From contig OZ244958.1 in the NCBI GenBank assembly GCA_965222575.1, positions 608,001 through 672,000 of the forward strand: a DNA stretch of 64,000 bases, written 5' to 3'. Below the pieces are notes generated by a model. It saw only the letters and a program-made list of their open reading frames with translations. It made no database searches and had not been told where the DNA came from. Within the stretch, counting starts at the first letter, position 1. Each line of letters opens with the position of its first letter. The position numbers and the translations under genes were made by a program. Of the stretch, positions 60,147-64,000 are shown piece after piece. The DNA is from Alphaproteobacteria bacterium. Lineage in GTDB: Bacteria > Pseudomonadota > Alphaproteobacteria > G965222575.

Positions 60147-60318
60147 TAAAGAGTTTTTATCTCTTCTAGCGTGTCCTAAGACAGGAGGGGCCTTGCGTTA
60201 TGATAAGGAGTTAGGGATGCTGATGAGTGATAAGGGGGAAGTGATGTATCCTGTGGTGGAAGGTGTTCCTATCCTGTTGGTGGAAGAAGCTAAGCCTTTC
60301 AAGGGTAAGAAAAAATAG
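60139..60318 (+). CDS. Trm112/YcaR-family protein
   Basis: [25 protein letters not shown]. Confidence 0.88.
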   Translation: MSDKEFLSLLACPKTGGALRYDKELGMLMSDKGEVMYPVVEGVPILLVEEAKPFKGKKK

Positions 60319-60325
60319 ACCCCCC

Positions 60326-61372
60326 GTGTTTCTTTGGCGTAAGACATGGGAAGTGGTGAGGCCTCTTCTTTTTCGTCTTCCTCCGGAGCAAGCACATAAG
60401 CTAGCCTTAAAGGCGTTGTCTTTGCCTTATAAGGTTTCTCTTCCTGATAATGAGGCGTTACATGTTTCTGTTTTAGGGATGAAGTTTTTGAATCCTTTGG
60501 GTTGTGCGGCGGGGATGGATAAGGATGGGGTTGCGCTCAACGGGCTTACTAGCTTAGGGTTTGGGTTTATTGAGGTAGGCAGTATTACGCCGACTTCTCA
60601 AGCAGGGAATGCGTTGCCGCGCGTGTTTAGGGTAGAGAAGGAACAGGCGTTGGTGAACCGTCTTGGATTTAACTCTCAAGGTCTTGAGGCGGTGGTACCG
60701 CGTCTTAGAGCGTGGCAAGGGCGTTGTCCTCTGTGGGTTAATCTTGGGGTGAATGCTGTGACGGTGGAGAAAACGGAGGATTATCTTGTAGGGTACCAGG
60801 CGGTTATTCCTTATGCCCAGGCACTAGTGTTGAATGTTTCCTCTCCTAATACAAAAGGATTGCGTCTGTATCAGGGGGCAAGAAAGTTGTCAAAACTTCT
60901 TCAAAGAATCAGCAGGATGAGAGAGAAACTAGGGTTTGAACAAGTGCCTTTGGTGTTGAAGATTTCTCCTGATTGGGAGCTAGGGGACTTGGATGAGATG
61001 ATAAAAGTTGTCTTAAGTTTTAACATTGAAGGGATGATTGTGTCGAACTCTACCATGCAAAGGCCGAAAGGAGTAGGGGAGGATTTGGAAGGAGGGTTGT
61101 CAGGGCGGCCTCTTTTTGAGCTTTCCACAATGATTTTGAGGGAAGTGAAAGCGAGGGTAGAAGATCGGTTGATTTTAATAGGGTGCGGAGGGGTTTTTTC
61201 TGCGCAAGACGCATTTGAAAAGATTCTCTCCGGAGCCCATTTGGTACAATTGTACACAGCTTTAGTGTATCAAGGGCCGCGTGTGGTAGAGAAGATTATC
61301 AGGGGGCTTGGAGATATTGCGTTATCTGAAGGACTAAGTTCTCTTACGCAAGCCGTTGGGCGCAAGGTTTAG
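60326..61372 (+). CDS. pyrD: Quinone-dependent dihydroorotate dehydrogenase
   Basis: PE.AH, AAGMDK, NRLGFN, NVSSPNT, KISPD and GGLSG; start approximate. Confidence 0.95.
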   Translation: MFLWRKTWEVVRPLLFRLPPEQAHKLALKALSLPYKVSLPDNEALHVSVLGMKFLNPLGCAAGMDKDGVALNGLTSLGFGFIEVGSITPTSQAGNALPRVFRVEKEQALVNRLGFNSQGLEAVVPRLRAWQGRCPLWVNLGVNAVTVEKTEDYLVGYQAVIPYAQALVLNVSSPNTKGLRLYQGARKLSKLLQRISRMREKLGFEQVPLVLKISPDWELGDLDEMIKVVLSFNIEGMIVSNSTMQRPKGVGEDLEGGLSGRPLFELSTMILREVKARVEDRLILIGCGGVFSAQDAFEKILSGAHLVQLYTALVYQGPRVVEKIIRGLGDIALSEGLSSLTQAVGRKV

Positions 61373-62297
61373 TGGTGTGTACCCATCCCTGTCTTGGAAA
61401 AGACAAGGTACGATTGTTGCGGTCTTTTGCCACGACGCCGTTGCCTTCTGTGACAGTGCCGATGGCAGTGAGAGGGATGTTGAGCTGTTGAGAGAGTTTT
61501 GGTATCAGGAGGAGGTGGTGAGGTGGCACGCAAAAGAGCAGTTCATAGTCATCTCCGCCACAGAAGGCGCAAGTGCGTCTTATCTTGGGGGTTAGCAGTG
61601 TCTGTAGTGTCGGTGCAATTGGTAGGGAGGATTCCTGTAAGGTGATGTTGACCTTAGAGCTTTTTGCTATTTGTTCGGCATCTGCTAGGAGGCCGTCTGA
61701 GAGGTCTATGGCGGCGCTAGCGAGGCCTTGTAGTGCTTCTCCTAAGGGTTGGAGTGAGGGCGGGCGGGCGTAGCGCTCATACAAAGCGGCAGGAGGGGGA
61801 GAGGCTTTGGTTTCTATCAGATAGCAATATGCTGCTGCTTCTCCGAGGACACCAGAGACGAAGACTGTATCTCCTGCTTTGGCTGATGAGCGTAAGAGGG
61901 GTTGCTTGCTGATGACGCCGAAGACGGTGATGGTGATAGAGGTCTTGCCGGGCGTACAGGTTGTGTCTCCGCCGAAGAGCTTCAGGGACAAAGCCTTTTG
62001 TGTTTTTTTAAGACCTGTTGCGAAATCTGCGATCCATTTTTCTTCATATGTCTTGGGAAAACTCAAGGCGAGAGTATAGCCTACTCCGCTGCTACCGCAG
62101 GCGTACAGGTCGCTTGCTGCAATCCGCAAAGTACGGGCGGCAATGTCACAAGCTGGCATGGAAGGAAAAAAATGGACGCCTTCAATGGAGGTATCTGTGG
62201 AAATGCTCACCTTCTCCCATATCCCACAATCATCGCCCTTGACATCAGAAGAAGACAGAGGCAAAAAATACTTGTTTATCAGTTCAAACTCATTCAC
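61344..62297 (-). CDS. thiL: Thiamine-monophosphate kinase
   Basis: EFELI, GDDC, EGVHF, GGDT, DLSDGL and GGDDYEL. Confidence 0.94.
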   Translation of the reverse strand: MNEFELINKYFLPLSSSDVKGDDCGIWEKVSISTDTSIEGVHFFPSMPACDIAARTLRIAASDLYACGSSGVGYTLALSFPKTYEEKWIADFATGLKKTQKALSLKLFGGDTTCTPGKTSITITVFGVISKQPLLRSSAKAGDTVFVSGVLGEAAAYCYLIETKASPPPAALYERYARPPSLQPLGEALQGLASAAIDLSDGLLADAEQIAKSSKVNITLQESSLPIAPTLQTLLTPKIRRTCAFCGGDDYELLFCVPPHHLLLIPKLSQQLNIPLTAIGTVTEGNGVVAKDRNNRTLSFPRQGWVHTTKPCAQRLA

Positions 62298-62733
62298 TTT
62301 GCCCTCGAAAAGTCTGACAGGCTTTGTCTAAAACCCCATGGATAAAGCGCCCCTCTGCCCCTGAGAAAAACGCATGATACATATCGAGATATTCACTGAT
62401 AATCACACGAAGAGGAATATCAGGGCTGTGCTTTATTTCAACCATAGCGCAAACTAACAGTGCTTTTAAGAGAACAGAAAGCGAGTCAAAATCCCTATGA
62501 CACAATGTTTTCAAGTCTTTCTCTAAGGTCTTTTGGTTTTTCGTAAGGATGGAAATTAAAGACAGGGCAAAGTGCATTTTTTTGGGATTTGGCTTTCTTT
62601 TGTCCAATAAAAGAGAAATATTCTTCAGTGCCTCTTTTGGCTCTATTTTCGTGAGATAAATTTGATACATAGCCTGAACAGCCGTAAGACGTCCCCAAAA
62701 TCTTGTGTCTTTAGGACCGCTTGTGGTATTCAC
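62290..62733 (-). CDS. nusB: Transcription antitermination factor NusB
   Basis: R..AVQAMYQ, VIISEY and FIHGVLD; ribH-nusB-thiL order. Confidence 0.88.
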   Translation of the reverse strand: MNTTSGPKDTRFWGRLTAVQAMYQIYLTKIEPKEALKNISLLLDKRKPNPKKMHFALSLISILTKNQKTLEKDLKTLCHRDFDSLSVLLKALLVCAMVEIKHSPDIPLRVIISEYLDMYHAFFSGAEGRFIHGVLDKACQTFRGQSE

Positions 62734-63152
62734 AGGGTTTTGATTGTATTTTCTAAGGACAGCATATTTACCAAAGCCAAAGCGCTACTCCGACCCTTTT
62801 GGATTCTTTCTAAGGCTTGTTCTTTATTGTGCACAGTCAAGAAGCAGTTGCACAAAGAGAGCGCATGCTTGATACCAAGAGACATAATGCCTCCTATGCT
62901 TTCCTGGCAGACAATATCGTAATGATCTGTTTCTCCTTTGATGACGCAGCCTATGCAAAGGTAGCCTTTGTAGGTCTGAGGAGGCCTATGCTTGAGAATC
63001 ATGGAAAGGGCTAGAGGAATTTCTAAAGCGCCCGGTACTGGGTAGGTGTCATAGGAGAGGTTGTGGAGATGGAACACTTCTTGTGCTGCTGCTTCAAGAG
63101 CTTTGGCAAGTTCTTTGTAATATTGGGAGGTAAGGACGCAAATATCTGTCAT
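62730..63152 (-). CDS. ribH: 6,7-dimethyl-8-ribityllumazine synthase
   Basis: VPGALEIP, GCVIKGETDHYD and QALER. Confidence 0.94.
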   Translation of the reverse strand: MTDICVLTSQYYKELAKALEAAAQEVFHLHNLSYDTYPVPGALEIPLALSMILKHRPPQTYKGYLCIGCVIKGETDHYDIVCQESIGGIMSLGIKHALSLCNCFLTVHNKEQALERIQKGRSSALALVNMLSLENTIKTL

Positions 63153-64000
63153 AGGATTGGGTGGCGCTTGAGGATTGTCAGTCCATATCCTTTTAGAGCG
63201 ACAAGAGGTCTTTCGCTGTTGGATAAGAGTTCTAGGGAAGAGGCTTGTAGGTCTATGAGGATTTGCGCACCGATACCGTAAGAGCGCAAGGGATTTTCGG
63301 CGTCGGGTGCGGGGGCGGTGTGTGTGTTGTGTGTGGGAGGTGCTACGATATGGCCTGCTGTTGTTTGTAAAATGACGACAATGCCTGATTTTGCCTGTTC
63401 AATCATTGTCATGGATTTATGTAAGAGGCTATTTTTTGGTGGCGATAGGACGTCTTTTAAGACATTTAAGGGATGCATACGTACCAAAGTGGGTTGTAGG
63501 ACTTTCCCTTTGATTAAGGCTACATGCTGTAAGGATGAGCCTTTCACATGATAGGGAATCAGTTTCCAAAGGCCGGCATGGGTTTCGATGATGGTTTCTT
63601 CTCCTCGTTTGACCAAGTAATCTCGTTGACAGCGGTAAGTGATAAGGTCTTCAATTGTGCCGATTGAAAGGTTGTGCTTGTGAGCGAAGGCGCGGAGTTC
63701 GGGAAATTTTGACATTTCTCCATCATCGTTCATAATTTCACAGAGCACTCCCCCGGGGATGAGTCCGGCTAGGCGGGAAAAATCCACTGCGGCTTCTGTA
63801 TGCCCTGCTCTCTCCAAGACGCCTCCTCTGCGTGCTTGAAGAGGGAAAACATGTCCCGGTGTTAAAAGAGACTCTTTTGTGTGCGACGGGTCTGTGGCAA
63901 TTTTAATTGTATGACACCTGTCAGGTGCGGAAATACCCGTTGTAATCCCTTCTTTGGCTTCAATGGAAATGGTGAAGGCTGTGTTGTCTCCCTTGCTGTG
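63149..64000 (-). CDS. ribB: DHBP synthase fused to a degenerate GTP cyclohydrolase II domain (5' end outside window)
   Basis: TAFTISIEA, TGISA, PGHVFPL, GHTEA and CEIMNDDG. The C-terminal domain VRMH..YGIGAQIL lacks the Zn-binding cysteines. Confidence 0.9.
   Translation of the reverse strand, partial: HSKGDNTAFTISIEAKEGITTGISAPDRCHTIKIATDPSHTKESLLTPGHVFPLQARRGGVLERAGHTEAAVDFSRLAGLIPGGVLCEIMNDDGEMSKFPELRAFAHKHNLSIGTIEDLITYRCQRDYLVKRGEETIIETHAGLWKLIPYHVKGSSLQHVALIKGKVLQPTLVRMHPLNVLKDVLSPPKNSLLHKSMTMIEQAKSGIVVILQTTAGHIVAPPTHNTHTAPAPDAENPLRSYGIGAQILIDLQASSLELLSNSERPLVALKGYGLTILKRHPIL

Overview
This window is chromosomal DNA from a divergent, probably host-associated Alphaproteobacterium. The evidence is a permuted two-piece tmRNA, the mdh-sucCD-sucAB-lpdA gene order, a CckA-like kinase and alpha-type gshA; the lifestyle is inferred. 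Most of it is compact housekeeping DNA: purine, TCA, thiamine, riboflavin, translation and Mla genes. The + strand is strongly G-rich by eye. A dispersed envelope and host-interaction toolkit is interleaved with these genes. It includes a type II secretion system split into two pieces (13.0-17.1 kb and 32.3-34.8 kb), an orphan YscE-like T3SS chaperone, and seven paralogous outer-membrane beta-barrel genes, three of them frameshifted. It also includes a secreted subtilase with one active and one dead domain, and a secreted, apparently catalytically dead PL8 glycosaminoglycan-lyase homolog. Other notable signals are tandem-repeat tails on ribosomal proteins S16 (about 20 x 30 bp, where rimM normally sits) and S1 (about 4 x 54 bp), a roughly 1 kb non-coding array of about 28 pyrimidine-rich units, and a tmRNA with only a 5-nt intervening segment. 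Several single-base frameshifts lie in homopolymers and may be long-read errors. All family calls come from motif recognition by eye, with no database search.
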